A stretch of DNA of 64,000 nucleotides from a virus (taxonomy: Duplodnaviria > Caudoviricetes): positions 1,607 through 65,606 of IMG/VR virus record IMGVR_UViG_3300042691_005081; one strand, 5' to 3'. This document shows positions 42,801 to 52,800 of the stretch, piece after piece. Each line of letters starts with the position of its first letter. The first letter of the stretch is position 1. The position numbers were made by a program, and so were the translations under genes. Below the pieces are notes generated by a model. That model searched no databases. It saw only the letters and a program-made list of their open reading frames with translations, and was not told where the DNA came from.

Positions 42801-45800
42801 GATGTAGCATTTGAAGAACTTGTTAAATCTGGTGCTGATGAAACTACTATTAAAAAATTCTTAAAAGGTAATCCAGGAATTAAAGATACATATACACCTG
42901 TTAAACCTATTGTTAGAGGTAATAAAGAGAACGGTAGAAGTTATAATGATATTGTATTACATAAGTTTGCACTTGCCCCATTATCATTTAGAATTCTTTA
43001 TGAGTTAAATCCTAATTCTAATGCAATCAAGTTGTATAACAAGATGCAAAAAGAAAATATTGATTATGCTGTATTTGCTTCTGGTAGTAAAGTGGGAACA
43101 GAAAAAATATCTCCTTTGTATAATGCAAAAGGTGAGTTTGATAATACACCATTTGAAGATGCTAGAGAGAAAAAGGGTAATCTTCCAGATAATGTTAAAA
43201 GAGCTGTAACTAATATACCATTTACTATTGTAGCTGTACAGTCAGAAGTTCCTTCTAAAGATGCTCCAGTTGTTACACAGGGATCTCAGATTACCAAACT
43301 TGCTACTATGGATTATTTAGAATCTGGTGTTCCTGTAGACTTTATGCCTGGTAAAGAATTTGAAGATAGATTCATTGAATGGTTAGCTCTTGATGATAAA
43401 TCAAGTTACAATGGTGGTAATAATATTTATAATGAAATTGTAAATAATCAAAAACTTTTAGAAGCTAGAATTGAAGATGGTATACAATCTTTATATAAGA
43501 AACTTGGTATTGTAGAAACTACAAATGATGAAGGAGATAAACAATGGGTAATAGAAGATAGAAATAAATTAGTTAACACTCTTACAGAAGAGATTGGTAA
43601 AAGAGAGATCAATTATAACATTACAGATGCATTTGAAGGATTTGTGAAAGGTGATGTTATATTAGAAGCTACTCCTGTATATCAACAAGTAAGAAACATT
43701 CTTTATTCTATTGCTGATAAAACTATTGTACGTCCTAAAATATCAGGAGGTATGAAAGTGCAAGTATCTTCTGCATTATTAGAATCTGTAAGAGCAGAAG
43801 GAAAACCTGTATTAGATAGTAAAGGTAATCCAACATTTAATAAAGATGGTAGTCCTAAACTTACATATGAATCTAATGAACTAAAATTCTATAAGAATAA
43901 AGATGGTGAGAGAGTATGTGAGATAATGATTGGTAGATGGTTTAAATCTAATAAAACAAATGAAGAACTTATGGATTATTTTAACAATGATCCAGAAGGT
44001 AAAAAAGAACTTGCAGCTATTACAGGTGTAGCATTTCGTATTCCTACACAAAAACAAAACTCTATTGATGTATTCAAGATAAAACAATTCCTTCCTAAAG
44101 ACTTTGGTGACTCAGTAATTATTCCTTCAGCTCTTGTTAAGAAAGCAGGATCGGATTTTGATATTGATAAATTATCTATTTATCTAAAAAACTTATTTAC
44201 AGAAAATTCTGGAAGATTAAAAAGAATTCCTTTTTATGGTATAGGAGAAGATGCTAAAAAAGAATTTGGAAAACTATATGATGTTGGATATTTTGATAAG
44301 TATATATCACAAATAAAAGATTCTCTATCTTTAGAAACTGCTGAAGATAGATTAATGGAAAGTATATTTCCTGAAGAATATTCTTTACAAAAAGAAAATA
44401 TTATAGGTGAGTTATATAAAGCATCATTAGAAAATGCCTACATACAATCATTAGAAAATCTTATATCCCATCCATTAAACTATGATAACTTAGTTAAGCC
44501 TAATGATGCTGATCCATTAAAGAAACTATCAGAGGATATTCAAAAAGAGATGGGGTATGAAAAAGCAGATTTTGGTAATGTAGGTAATATGTTAAGTAGA
44601 GGATTTATGTCTAATTTAAGACAATCTTTTGTTGGTGGTAAAAAAGCATTAGGTATTGCTGCTCAAGGACAAACAGGACATGCTCAAAGACAGCGTAGTG
44701 TTACATATATAGATGTAGATAGACTAGAAGGAGATTTAATAAATGAGCAAGACAAAATTATTCTTGGTTACAAACCAAACTCTTCTTTGTTTGCTACAGA
44801 TACAAACATTAACTTCCAAGAATATAATTCTGCAATTATAAATGGTGTACGTAGACCAATGCTTTCTTGGATTAAGAATAAAGCAGGTGAATACATATCA
44901 GATATTAATGGAATGTTTATTGATGGGTATGTAGATATTTCTAAAGGTGACTGGATTATAAAACTTGGAGCAACTACTAATGTAGCTTCTACATGGTTGT
45001 TTCTTGCAGATTTAGGTGTTCCTATTAAAACTGTGGCTTATTTTATGAACCAACCTATTATCAAAGATTACTTACGTGCTATTGAAAATAAAGGATATTC
45101 ATGGTTGTACAATGATTCTATATTAGAAGACAAACTAGATGCTTATAATCCCAGCCCTAGTTTTTTAAAACAAGGTACATCTATAAAAGGTATTCCTTCA
45201 GAAACAGATTTATTTGAAATGCTTAAATATAATAACGCTGCTCCTAAAAAAGATATGTCAGATCTTCAAAAGCTACAACAACAATATATGTTAAAAGAGT
45301 TTTTGAAATATTCTAAAATAGCTTCTCATATGTTTAATATATCTCAAGCATCTAACTATGATACAGCTAATCTTAATGATCCATATTTAGTATTTAAGAA
45401 AATAATTCAATTAGAGAAAGCAAGGAAAACCATTATATCTTCTGTAGATGATATTATTTCAGGATCTTTTGTAAAAGAATTAAAAAATAAAATATTTGAT
45501 TATAGAGATGCATTCTCTGAAATATTAATGTCAGATAGAGGTAATGTTAGACAAGTGATGCAAAATGTTTTAGAGCCATATACAGATATGCCAGATAGAG
45601 ATTTTGTTAAACTCTCACAAAAAGCTGTAAATGATCTTTTTGATTGGGCAGTACAAACAAATTCAAATGTTAATACAAAAATTTCTTCTATATTACTAGG
45701 AACAGAAACAGAAAAATCTGCAGCTGAACAAATCATTGACTATAGAGATTCTATATTAGGTAATCCTGTAAAAGGAATAGCTCCTAAGCCAGAACATAAA

Positions 45801-46856
45801 TTGTTCAATAACATCATTCTTAATTCTTTGTCTATAGATCAAAATGATAAACAAGGAGGTAAAAAAGGTGCTCCTATTAATCTTGTATTAAATAATAGAG
45901 ATAATAAAGTGTATGATCAAAACTTAACCATATATGGATTCAATGAGTTAAGAGAAACATTAAAGGAGGAAAACAATTTAAAACTGTATGGTAAACTAAC
46001 TAGACTTGCTTTATTACAATCAGGATTAACCAATTCTCCTATATCATTCACTAACCTTCTTCCTTATGAAGATTTTAAAGGAATATACAATGAAACCTTG
46101 TCTATATTAGAAAAACTTCCTAACTTAGCACAATTTCAAGAATTAAATGTTTTTGAAAGAAATAACTGGAATAATAGTGATGTAGTTACATATAAAAGAG
46201 CTACATTATATTTTGGGGAAGATAAAGATGGTACTAAGTATGTATCTAATTTAGATAGAGATACATTAATTAAACCATTAAAAACTGCTGTAAAAAATAA
46301 TGTTATTCCTAAGTTAGTTGGACTTAGCCCTATGACAGAAGCTGGTAGATCAGATTTTATTGTTTATTCTTATGAAGATGTCATTTCTTCACAACAAAGA
46401 ATTCTAAGAAGAAAAAATGGAGACACACAACATCAACATAAAATGTTAATGCAGAAGGTGTATACAACAGATGCTAATAATAAAAGAGTTCCTCTTCTTC
46501 ACATCACTGAAAAGAAAAATAAAAAAGGAGAAATGGTTATTTACACTAAACATGTGTACAAAGCAATTAATGCATGGGGTGATTCATTCAGAGCACAAGA
46601 GTTCTACACAACAAACCAACAATCAGTATTAGATAATGGATTTGATAAAGTGAATGAAGTGGAAGACGATGTTATTGTAAACATATATAAAGGTGGTGGT
46701 GTCACTGCTACAGCTGATGTTGCTATTACTCCTACAGAAAATATCAAACTGAAAGATGGTAATGAATATAACAAAGCTGATATTAATTCAGAGATGCTAG
46801 AAGCAATGGGTTATACACCAAAAGAAATAGGTAAAATTTTAAAATCAATATGTTAA
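33816..46856 (+). CDS. Virion-associated DNA-dependent RNA polymerase polyprotein (phi14:2 gp66-like)
   Basis: 4346 aa; RIPTQ and GSDFDIDK catalytic motif near 44154; ETDGGG; N-terminal hydrophobic Gly-rich segments; zincin-like segment near 39879. Confidence 0.9.
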   Translation: MLQPDKENYINRKAVSLGLPVTPIVGDVDFQRNQSEPGQSISALDMWDRALATPRHLGVADIPLSSFYIGNRYKQTLPGTDYEEMAASGQSAGERWTNGSLKLLGTAATSFVSGTLGLVNGIGASIAEQRLASLIDNDTTRRMDEVMRNMEDFAPNYYSHEEQNAEWYSTKNILTANFWSDKVLKNLGYSVGAIGGGVAWGSLFRSIGLTNRLVQAGRGMEAATAIETSMSAVPNMQKLNAFESALNSMAQKYIKSPISAVLKDSDRILTSTMGTFGEASMEGLQGMNEYRKSAIEEYKKIYGEEPTGAALDKINESADQVGMYIWGANSLLLTGTNYIQLPKILGSSRKADKALINEITKDAETGLYKQVVPKTTFGRLTQRAKGLSQVLFAPSEAFEEGMQSSIQIGVTNYFQRAQENKQDTKEFLSTLSGAMGNVFGEGIYETLTTKEGLESILIGGISGGIQQGGIVGTYKNKQGKTRLGIGKSGVIGEQGLFGLGGERQANTKEAIEILNKTTLEKQLKDGVKYLGIGIGSQKLRQAAIAGNDVLSEKDYEADFTLSYLMPRIKYGKIDAVKEELDLYRNQAMDAEGFRELVRGGIANENETNAQFINRIDNLQKLSKDLEILYDKINDKYENELNSKGEIKYSSDVIDKLVYAASKIRDYDKRIPEVNNSIIGSGVNSQSFLNALLLEENPNVNDIKDALLTIDTLDITDDEKQDFKNSLYDLAELSLRRKEMINQYNSILNTPENFLDKEEPSVDKDGNIIPKETITVKVKDGKTGQVVDKKIEIGTEYLVGRVVKYDKDGNEVIQAPTLSILADNGDGTYKIKDANGIRNVSAQVLEDYQLSKLSDITSDKKKNYVYVNRNNLFSNKLIKDINGNPVIGRLEYSSNEDRLTFVYKNEKGKVIRREVYNNMFKAKEGFKEAIITQVGQVTAEAAKATEEFVNAPTTISQRLQTRNNIILNLYEKSTKRLDEITKKLNTSKERAEKAVEALEDQLAKESLTKAGKPRKNQTPAMKRIINELSSLRATLIKENEQLQSEKEELESNIPFFKDFLDNLETLPESGREMIKLLKSDINTLEDLIDITNKAIKDNDSLLKQIEDALMKALSIFNDYIKRLQEDNPGVPLFIDDLRTYLENTLKDKGIEELNNISSEFLAKAVELDSDINDFSQELKIPSLNKKAEELVKDIKDLKEGLDKLISEQIAKREILNAFEQFAEDVKRQEEEAKQMQRNVTLGQELLGTLTGSVQNFFGTKPYEQEAKKDKLAVVGSTKPTTEDSEERPLPSYASRVNHFGARVSDMDNVDDLRGTIVTAETEDQILSGLVDNFLNEDTRAITPARREEIKKEVIFLVVTENGQLVDKDGKLIPGKSAEETQEAYNKRLYNNAIFQVFPSASLTSKIKEKDGKEKTVSMFRDTVPGYERDSLKEQYKAWRTTQLANKTLDKKGQKFKTSFGNLEFVKVWDDAKKEFVNNTATRTSAQDAGLLAKGILNRDAVITVATTNDDKSEGSVSFKSPKGRVFLRVPGQGLVRLQNKKFTKEEAETIFSAMLNLAKNASENGSLYGGEKEEVNKNILNWLKSVVYWGIAKYPDGTRKDAGYNNIWFEDVLIDGKQVKKLFLSGLQKESQKYFDFTPQGLTNSKQDILGLLTQMYANTDAKKVNIDNYNAPYDEILRFDNLGNPVTRTWPNYQTYLLSANIVDKDGNVIGKRTGKEIPLTTQVRPLTSPEDTNRKGIYFTLNSSVEYTVPAAPVVVAPAPVVSTPTAQAPVAAPVAKQQQPTASGQYDLNGTAENSITIGGGSDGKGGTRKIYNLTFTFDISKISDYLKGLTDFTSLYNDKGVLTTEFLTVLKENKAVTFSDVEGNTNGIMQFKADVPNSFEGIALNKIFEAVAPQIVAEMIPVQPAIADEAPVVEEEIVTPEEVISTTEVSEDEINIDDLDTDDVDPTQMRVAQLIDKLDQFKPEQWSKVEEAIRKMLPNIPFYRVKNIIKGTNGRQAWGMLHDAAIYVYEGAEEGTAYHEVFEAVWKMFAGPAQKQAIINEFKSRKGSFTDRESGKIIEYKNATAYQIKEQLAEEFRDAVLNDKLGKPLESKTLIGRLFSQLIDAIKAFFTGENAQRNTKELFNNIGNGYYAQFNPYQTQLSYANRGIIDIENAQANADSEMRSTTIPEIEMHDIIQHMTFLTLTKLSLNNKSVFTVNEQKESELYPELKLSILKLLAKQNKLIDKLVVDGKTTLEKATRLKNNNKTLSSNIQKEWEEIKKNHKAHLKTFDVQFDENDEGLLNSDENTGRGEFEAANKIDSFRKANAALKLVLSTLPVTQIVDGSINWFPSSIGGVTLIPAEQIHIDLKSKLHSSMDIEDMLFGLKTMAENNPNYNALFRRLTGNSASVGLDINTIEEHDFQLATALWKSISMQNPDVITVFLQEDGDVVVSNSTLSSAAKSAKKEMINDIISTLKADQSKYFRYVPATGRYYAKDNLKALSFDGSTLKPYIDFLKSIGINFNEREIEDLKPDQITAFKKSVSDIKNELSKVGDTKIVKDANNNDVEEDGGIRTINTKTLNIDGDLLRLAIVKAVIENTEFQSTYFNINGERTQSFIGTNLISALHNTLSKLKNIEELQNDARYKRFAYLAANNDVFVQGSQVLKKMFDIVGVDSTGKRRAGTEEILKPVIIDGIVDEETGKKREASKVTYRQRLIQEINLNLSGIFMNLVPGDASLEHAIRMYNAKDPFVSEDELSNKNYLDIFKDYFISEVELVKENRNTAKDNGKDLRFFKAILGEEMHKKIATRIKKDTDAAQLYEDNKQAINSAVEEFIKKETADTEALLRTYDIITTEDNVVKVDKVDLFKKGETVTQAGLNTKLKALTINYMIANIEMHKVLYSDPYQYSDELKRIKNFTSPGQPLVPSSQAIDARLNEIYNKGFKPADIGYTDMTQDHFRSIALQDVLSTNENIGYDVPYEETDGGGLITLKGARIFALRAGTWTANNEKQYRFDVAFEELVKSGADETTIKKFLKGNPGIKDTYTPVKPIVRGNKENGRSYNDIVLHKFALAPLSFRILYELNPNSNAIKLYNKMQKENIDYAVFASGSKVGTEKISPLYNAKGEFDNTPFEDAREKKGNLPDNVKRAVTNIPFTIVAVQSEVPSKDAPVVTQGSQITKLATMDYLESGVPVDFMPGKEFEDRFIEWLALDDKSSYNGGNNIYNEIVNNQKLLEARIEDGIQSLYKKLGIVETTNDEGDKQWVIEDRNKLVNTLTEEIGKREINYNITDAFEGFVKGDVILEATPVYQQVRNILYSIADKTIVRPKISGGMKVQVSSALLESVRAEGKPVLDSKGNPTFNKDGSPKLTYESNELKFYKNKDGERVCEIMIGRWFKSNKTNEELMDYFNNDPEGKKELAAITGVAFRIPTQKQNSIDVFKIKQFLPKDFGDSVIIPSALVKKAGSDFDIDKLSIYLKNLFTENSGRLKRIPFYGIGEDAKKEFGKLYDVGYFDKYISQIKDSLSLETAEDRLMESIFPEEYSLQKENIIGELYKASLENAYIQSLENLISHPLNYDNLVKPNDADPLKKLSEDIQKEMGYEKADFGNVGNMLSRGFMSNLRQSFVGGKKALGIAAQGQTGHAQRQRSVTYIDVDRLEGDLINEQDKIILGYKPNSSLFATDTNINFQEYNSAIINGVRRPMLSWIKNKAGEYISDINGMFIDGYVDISKGDWIIKLGATTNVASTWLFLADLGVPIKTVAYFMNQPIIKDYLRAIENKGYSWLYNDSILEDKLDAYNPSPSFLKQGTSIKGIPSETDLFEMLKYNNAAPKKDMSDLQKLQQQYMLKEFLKYSKIASHMFNISQASNYDTANLNDPYLVFKKIIQLEKARKTIISSVDDIISGSFVKELKNKIFDYRDAFSEILMSDRGNVRQVMQNVLEPYTDMPDRDFVKLSQKAVNDLFDWAVQTNSNVNTKISSILLGTETEKSAAEQIIDYRDSILGNPVKGIAPKPEHKLFNNIILNSLSIDQNDKQGGKKGAPINLVLNNRDNKVYDQNLTIYGFNELRETLKEENNLKLYGKLTRLALLQSGLTNSPISFTNLLPYEDFKGIYNETLSILEKLPNLAQFQELNVFERNNWNNSDVVTYKRATLYFGEDKDGTKYVSNLDRDTLIKPLKTAVKNNVIPKLVGLSPMTEAGRSDFIVYSYEDVISSQQRILRRKNGDTQHQHKMLMQKVYTTDANNKRVPLLHITEKKNKKGEMVIYTKHVYKAINAWGDSFRAQEFYTTNQQSVLDNGFDKVNEVEDDVIVNIYKGGGVTATADVAITPTENIKLKDGNEYNKADINSEMLEAMGYTPKEIGKILKSIC

Positions 46857-46857
46857 T

Positions 46858-49800
46858 ATGGCAACTTGTCCAAATAAAAATACAGAAGCTTGGCAACTAC
46901 TAGTATCTTCTAGAGGAGAAGATGTAGCTCATTACCTATGGGATAAATATGATGGTCTTGTTCCTGAATCAGAAAGTGGAGAACAGATAGTGAAAAGTGG
47001 ATTGAAAGCTACAAACATTTTACAATCTGCTAAAGCTGATCAGTTTTTTAATACTGTTTCTAAGAATAAAATATCTGGTGATTTTTTCTGGAAGAAAATG
47101 CAAGCTGATCTTGGTATTCCTAAAGATCAATTAGAAATATTAAAATCATTTGATACAGAGGATAAAGGAGAACTAATCTCCTCTCTTCTTGCTAATTATA
47201 GTTATGCTATTGAGATTAATACTGCTAAAAATAAAATAGCAACTAGAGGAACAGAAGACAGTCCATCATTTGATCAATATGGAGAATTAATAGAACAAGT
47301 TAAAGAAGCTGAGTTTGAAAATACACCAACAAAATACTATTCTAACCTAACAGTTCCAGGAGGAACTAATTATACAGAGAATGAAATAGCTACACCAGCT
47401 ATTACACCTTCTATTAAAGGACATGCTCAGTTTGCTACTGATAATGGCATAGGATGGTTTCGTAGCGATGATAAATCTATTATAGAAACTCCTGAAAATG
47501 TTGAAGATGAAATAGATTTATGGACAGCGAAAGAGGTTAATGGTAAAGTAATAGTACCTACTAACAAATCTACTAAAACTCGTAGAATATTAGAAGTACA
47601 ATCTGACTTATTTCAGAAAGGTAGAGACGAAAAAAAAATAGTTAAAGAAGAATATAATAAAGATGAAGTTTTTAAAAGTGAACAATTTAAAAATGCAGAA
47701 GATGATGATGTAATAGATATAAAGTTATCTAATGGTAAAAATGTAAAAATACAAAAAACATCTGACTTTGGATTTAAAGACTTAGACTTTAAAAAGTATA
47801 TAACTGATTCTAATAATCAATTCCTTCAATTATTAAACCAAGGATCTAACTGGGTAACATTCTTTGTTAAATCTATTGTACAAGATAGTTCTAAGAAAGG
47901 ATATGAGAAAGTGTTATTCCCTTCTGGTGATACAGCTAGTAAAGTGGAAGGACACACAACATTAGAGCAGTTTAAAAAACAGAAAGAAGATAGGTTAAAA
48001 GAGCTTGAGGATAAAGTTAATAAAGGTAGATATGTACTTACTGATAGCACTGGGTTTCCAATGGGTATAGCTCCAATAGATTCTGACATCAATGTATTAA
48101 AAAGTAATAATCCAACATTAAAAATTGAAAAAGAGTCTTTGACGCAAAAAGAATTAGATGATACAAATAATGAAATAAACCAACTTAAACAAGAACTTGA
48201 GAGAGTAGAAGGTCCAGAAGGATTTGGTGCTCTTAAACCTATATATAACTTCTATGAAAACACTGTAAAGAATGTTCTTAACAAACAATATGGTAAAGAA
48301 AATATAAAACAAGTTACTGATGAGTATGGTAATACATGGAATGAAGTAGAGATTGTTGCTGAGAGAGAACAACAAACTATATTATTTCAATCAGAAGATA
48401 TGGCTGCATCTAAAGCTTCAGATGAAACTGTATCTATGATGAGACAAGCTGCTGAGCAAATGGGTATTGATATTCAAGACTTACTTGATTACGCTAAAGC
48501 TAATCCTAATGTAGATGTTAAGAATGTAAATGGACTTGCTGATCTTATGAAAGGAGCAGTAGCTATTGCACAAGGAAAAGAAGGTGTAGCATTGATTGAG
48601 GAGATTGTTCACATAACAACAGCTATATTAGAACAAACTGATCCAAAACTTATAACAGAACTTATCAGTAAGATAGATAGATTTAAAATCTATAAGCAAG
48701 TGTTAGAGGTTTATAGTAAGAAGAAAGAGTATCAGCTTGCTAATGGAAAACCTAACATTAGAAAGATTAAAAAAGAAGCTGTGGATAAACTTATATCTGA
48801 GGTGGTAGTTTATCAATCTGAGGGCTCTACAGAATATCCTGAGCTGATGGAAGAGGAAACAAGAAATTGGGTTCAAAGTTTGTGGGATATGATTCTAGAT
48901 AAACTTAGAGGTGTGTATAGAAAATCTAATATTGATATATTCCAAACAGCAGGAACAATAGTTAAATCTGGTAAAGCTGGTACAGTGGCTGATATAAAAA
49001 CTGAAGGAATTTATTTTCAAGTAGATGGAAGTGTTAAAGCTAAAATAGATAACTTTTATAATAAAGTAAAAGGTTATGCTAAAGAAATGGTTTATATTCC
49101 TGAAATAAAAGATGCTCAAGGTAATATAACTCAAAAAAGAGGTTATACATTTAAAGGACAATCTGTAGCTACAACTATTACAGAAAAAATAAAAAAGAAT
49201 AAAAAATTTCCAGAAAGAACAGCTGAACAAGAAGCTACAGATAATGAAAAAAAAGATTGGGGAAATGAAGGACACAGATTTTTAGAAAGATATTTTGTTA
49301 CAAATCTTATTGATCAAGATGGTTATAGAAAACCAGTATTTGAGGACAATCCTATAAATTCTACATTAAGTTTAGGTTTACAAAAACAATTAAAAAACTT
49401 TGCAAAAGAACTTATTGCATCATATCCTCCTGGAACGAGATTTCTTATAGAAGAAATGGTTGTTAACTTAAAGGAAAAAGGAATGATTGGTTCTAGAGTG
49501 GACTTTAAAGCTGTATATCCTTTCCAAAAGAAGGATGGAACTTATGATATGAAAATCGATACTCTTGACTGGAAGTTTACTACAGTGGATAAAACTAGAT
49601 ATGACGATATATCAAGAGACAAAATAAAAGACTGGGTTCCTCAAATGGGACAATTTGTTGCTATTGATTATACATATGGTGCTTCACAAAATCAAATTGG
49701 TAAAGCACGTATGATTCCTTTTATAGTTAATTATGATTATAGGATAGCAGGAGATAAGAAATCTGGATTAGTTCCAACAGAATTAGAAATAGGTAAATTA

Positions 49801-52800
49801 GACTCTCTTAAGGAAACTAATCTTTACTTACTTCCTGTTCCAATCTTATCTGAAACAACAGGTAATGAACAAGTAGATAAATTAATTAATTCATTACAAG
49901 CTCAATGGGATAAGTTATATAGTAAGCCTGTAGTTTTTGAAAATAAAGATAAAAGAATTGCTGATTTAGCAGAACTTAGTAAAGCTATTCGATTCTTACA
50001 TTTAAGACTTGATTTTGAACCATTAGTTAATGTTGGTAAAACATTTTTAAATAATGCTGCAGATACATTAAAAGAATTTAAAAATATAAAGTTTGCAGAA
50101 TTAAGTGATGTAGAATTAAATAAAAAATTAGAAGATTTAATTGCTTATGAAGAGGGAGCAAAAAAATATGGAGATTTAGATGAAACATTTCTTTCATACT
50201 ATCCTAGAAAAGAATTAACTAAAGAAGGCCAAAAAATAGTTGATGATCTTACAAATATCTCTAGAGCTACAGATAATATGCTTAAGGTGATAGATAATCT
50301 TCAAAAACAATTTGTTGTAGAAATAGCTTTAAGAGAAAAGTTTACAACAGAAGATACACAATTATCTGTACTAGATGCTGAAGCTACTATTGTAGGAATG
50401 TCAAAATCTTTTTCTGAAGGAAGTAAATTATCTTCTAAAATAATAAACTTAGCTACTAATCTTATAATGGTTGCTAAAAAAGTAACAGATGGTAAGATTA
50501 ATAAACAAATTAAAGAGTTTGGAGAGTTATTAATACCATTAGAAAAAGAAGCAAGAGCTAGAGGAATAAAAGCTTTTGATATGATAGCTATAAAATCTGA
50601 TAAAGAATTATCTTTAATTAAAAAAATTAATCCAGAATTTTGGAAAATAGTTAACAAAGCTAAAGAAGACAAGAATAAAAAATTCTTTTTAGAAAATTTA
50701 GATTTAGATAAATATAATGCTCTTGCTAAAACAGCTATGGAGCAAAGAATAATTGATGCTAGTAAAAGACAATATTCATCAGATGAAGAAACTAATGAAA
50801 GATATAAAGAGTATGCTATACAAGCTGTAAAGAATGCATTAGATATAACTAGTGATTCTTTTAATGGGTATAATGATAGAACATTTGGTTATTTATTTAA
50901 TAAATCTTTCAAAGAAGAAAAAAATTATTCAAAAGAATATTTAGAAATGTCTAAGAGCAAAGCTGCTTTAGATGTTTGGAATTATTTTACACAATTAAAT
51001 CAAAGAGCTGAAGGTTTAGGATATATACCAGAATATCAAGACTCCTTCTTTCCTCTAATAGAAGCTACAATATTAAATAAGTTTTATCAAACTACTAGTA
51101 TAACAGGACAAACAAAAGATTTCTTTCAAGATTTTTATAAAATAAAAGTCAATGAAGAACAGCAGTTTTCTAAACTCGATCCTGAAACAGGTAAAGTTAA
51201 AAAAATTATTCCTAAATTCTTTACAAGAACAGATAAGGCAGTTGAACAACTTTCTACAGATCTTAATAAAGTTGGGGCTCTTTGGATTAAATCATTGGAA
51301 GAATATGAAAGTAAAAAGAATTTAGAAAGTACATTAATTACATTACAATCTGTTGAAAAAGCTAAAGGAAGTCTTATAATAGAAAATGGTAAAGTGGTAT
51401 TTGAAAACAGAATACCAAAAGTTAATCTTGCTGAAAATAAAAATGCTGATTTATTACAAGTAATTATAGATGATGAACTTTATGGCTTAAAAGAAAATCA
51501 AAGTTCATTAGGTAATATTGCTATTTCTTCTCTATCTTCTAAATTAGGAAAAACAGATGAAGGTAAAGAAAAATATGAAGTGGCTACAAAAAAATTAATA
51601 TCTACAGCAGATACATGGGTTCAATCATTAGCTGTAGGACTTAAACCAGCTATTTCAATTGCTAACTGGTTTGGTAATCAATTTAATGCATTTATACAAG
51701 CAGGAGGTTATTATAACTTCTGGGGTGATTTTGAAAAAAATAATTTAAAAGTTACTACAGGTAAAATATCTACAATAGAAAGAGGGCTATTAGATTTAAT
51801 ACATCCTTTAAATGAAGATGTTACTCAAGAAGAAAGAAGAAAACTTGCTTGGAAACAAGGATATATTGAATATCTTTCTACATGGACTTTTACAGATGTT
51901 ATGCAAATTACTAACTCTTTTCCTGAGAGAAAACTACAATTTGCTAATGCATTAAGTTTTATTGATAATTCAATTGTAATTGATGGTGAAATTAGAAACA
52001 TAAGAAAGTATTTAAAAGAACAAGATAGACAAACTAAATATAATTTATCTGTTAGTGAAAGAAAAGCATTAGAAAATACCTTTGAAAAAAGAGTAGAAGA
52101 ATTAAAAAAAGATCCTAGAGCATTAAAAAATATTGCTAAGATAGAGAATGGAGAAACAGTTATACCAGGTGTAAGTGATTTAAATGTTGCTAAATTTAGT
52201 TTACAAGTAACAGAATATGGTAGAACACTAAATGGTCAAATGAGTCTTACTAACAAAGCTGATTATAGACGAGATACAATGTTCAGTTCATTTATGATGT
52301 TCAAAAACTGGATTCCTAAACTTGTTACAGCAAGAGGAATGGATATTAAAAAGAATGTTGAACTCGATACATGGGAATATGGTAGAACAAGAGCATTCTT
52401 TAAAACAGCAGCATTTTTAGGAGCAGCTAATATTACATCAATGATTGATATTATTAATGGAACTGAAAAAGGCCTTAAAATATTAGATGAATTATTAGAA
52501 GCTAAAAAAATAGAACATTACAAAAAAACTGGACAAGAACTAGAAATAACCCAAGAAGAGTTTTATGATTTAATGAGAGAACAATTAGTTAATCAATCAA
52601 AAGAATTTGCTTTATTATTTGGAACATTAGCTTTAGTGTTAGCAGCAGCTGCAGCTGAACCACCAGAGGATGCAACAGATGCTGAAAAAAATAGATATAA
52701 ATGGTGGGCTAAAACTATTAATAAAATATCTGATGAGGTGTCATTCTATTACAATCCTATATCATTTGAATCTATAACTAAAGGAAGTTTACTTCCATCT

